64,000 nt of DNA. It comes from Candidatus Bipolaricaulia bacterium (GTDB taxonomy: Bacteria; Bipolaricaulota; Bipolaricaulia; RBG-16-55-9). The notes beneath the pieces were generated by a model. That model was not told the origin of the DNA, ran no database searches, and saw only the letters and a list, made by a program, of their open reading frames with translations. Position numbers and translations under genes: made by a program. Each line of letters begins with the position of its first letter. Within the stretch, counting starts at the first letter, position 1. Positions 62,665 to 64,000 of the stretch are shown in pieces. Where the stretch lies: NCBI GenBank assembly GCA_042219045.1, contig JBDGQO010000003.1:114501-178500 (forward strand). The letters run 5' to 3'.

Positions 62665-64000
62665 TCAGCCGCGATGCGTTGCCACGTTGTCCAGAAAACG
62701 GATCGCACACGAGGTTCCGCGCTCGAAGTTCGCCAGGTCGAACTTCTCGTTGGGCGAGTGGAGGCGGTCATCGGGGAGCCCGAAGCCCATGAGCACCACG
62801 GGGATGCCGTACTGGCCCTGCAGCAGGCTGACAACGGGGATGGAGCCTCCCTCCAGCGTAAACACGGGTCGTGCGCCGAAGCTTGATTCGTAGGCCTGAG
62901 CGGCCGCTTCCATCACGGGATGATCGCGTTCCACGAGCGCCGGGTCCGCCTTGAAGAAGGCATGGGCACGAACGTGGACGGTCTCAGGCGCCAGCGATTC
63001 GACATGACGTTCGAACAGCTCGGCGATCTCATCCGCTTTCTGATGGGCGGCCAACCGCATGCTCACTTTCGCGAGGGCCTCGGCCGGAATGACGGTCTTG
63101 GCCCCTTCGCCCGTGAAGCCGCCGCGGATGCCGTGGATCTCCAGCGTTGGGCGCGCGCCGAGCCGCTCGGCGACGCTGTAGTCGGGCTCGCCCCAGATCG
63201 CGGGTGCGCCGCTTTCGCTCAGGATGTCCGATTCGTCCACGCCTGCCTCCATGACCTCCGCGCGCTCCGCCTCGCTGAGCTCCCGGACCGCGTCATAGAA
63301 GCCGGGGATCGTCACACGGCCCTCGGCGTCGTGTAGCGAGGCCAAGATCTCGACCATCGCCTGCATGGGGTTATGCACCGCTCCGCCATAGCCACCGGAA
63401 TGGAGGTCGTGGCTCGGTCCCGTCACCTCGATCTCCCCGTAGACCATGCCGCGCAGCCCGTAGACGATCGAGGGCTGATCGGGGCCGCGCATGTGGGAGT
63501 CGGAGATGACGCACGCATCGGCCGCAAAGCGATCGTGGTGCGCCTGGAGCGTGGCGGCAAGGTTCTGACTGCCGATCTCCTCTTCGCCCTCGATGCAGAG
63601 CTTGACGTTGACGGGCAGCGAGCCTTCGGTTTGCAGATACGCCTCCAGCGCCTTCAGTTGCGCGAAGACTTGGCCCTTGTCGTCGGAACTGCCCCGGGCG
63701 TAGAGTTGGCCATCGCGAGTCGTCGGCTCGAACGGCGGCGTCTCCCATTCCTCCAGGGGATCGGGCGGCTGGACGTCGTAGTGGCCGTAGACGAGCACCG
63801 TCGGCTTCCCCGCCGCATGGCGCCAATCCGCGTAGACAATCGGGTGGCGCTCCGTCTCGATCAGCTCGACGTTCTCCAAGCCGATGCGGTGCGCGTAGTC
63901 GGCGATCCACTTAGCGGCTCGTCGAACGTCGTCGGCGTGGTCGGGAAGCGTGCTGACGCTCGGCACACGGAGGAGCTCCGTCAACTGCTCCAACGACGTC
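62665..64000 (-). CDS. M20 family dipeptidase (5'-truncated by window edge)
   Basis: YGHYDVQP, ARGSSDDKGQ, EGEEEIGS, DLHSG, GGSIP, HSPNE. Confidence 0.93.
   Translation of the reverse strand, partial: TSLEQLTELLRVPSVSTLPDHADDVRRAAKWIADYAHRIGLENVELIETERHPIVYADWRHAAGKPTVLVYGHYDVQPPDPLEEWETPPFEPTTRDGQLYARGSSDDKGQVFAQLKALEAYLQTEGSLPVNVKLCIEGEEEIGSQNLAATLQAHHDRFAADACVISDSHMRGPDQPSIVYGLRGMVYGEIEVTGPSHDLHSGGYGGAVHNPMQAMVEILASLHDAEGRVTIPGFYDAVRELSEAERAEVMEAGVDESDILSESGAPAIWGEPDYSVAERLGARPTLEIHGIRGGFTGEGAKTVIPAEALAKVSMRLAAHQKADEIAELFERHVESLAPETVHVRAHAFFKADPALVERDHPVMEAAAQAYESSFGARPVFTLEGGSIPVVSLLQGQYGIPVVLMGFGLPDDRLHSPNEKFDLANFERGTSCAIRFLDNVATHRG

Overview
GC-rich bacterial chromosomal window. The proteins are strongly acidic (salt-in halophile-like), and DnaK lacks the diderm-type N-terminal insert. 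A deep-branching lineage such as Bipolaricaulota is a plausible but unproven guess. About 1-52 kb is mostly shuffled housekeeping genes: rsmH, tnaA, tpiA, mutM, a CIRCE-controlled hrcA-grpE-dnaK-dnaJ operon, rdgB, oppDF, secG, rqcH, deoC, upp, hutH, era, a six-GAF diguanylate cyclase, GNAT+NSAR/menC, recO, dinB, recJ, rpsT, ispH, mdh, smpB, tRNA-Cys/Val, leuS, comEC, a PadR-ABC-LolA-like operon and tdk. The most interesting region is 53-61 kb, a putative cobalamin-based light/photo-oxidative stress locus. Its centre is a CarH-type B12 photosensor domain (W-x9-EH) fused to a C-terminal XRE HTH instead of an N-terminal MerR domain, and a perfect TTGACA-N4-TGTCAA palindrome overlaps its leaderless promoter. 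It is flanked by CbiX, a DUF523-DUF1722 protein whose three Fe-S Cys are all substituted, DUF378, a TIGR01777 epimerase, SRPBCC, and an ECF sigma/anti-sigma pair with spondin and DM13 genes. Other notable signals are recurrent -10 boxes 5-9 nt upstream of start codons (leaderless mRNAs) and a probable AUU start for rpsT. No CRISPR array, rRNA or mobile element was seen. All family assignments come from motif recognition by eye; no database searches were run.
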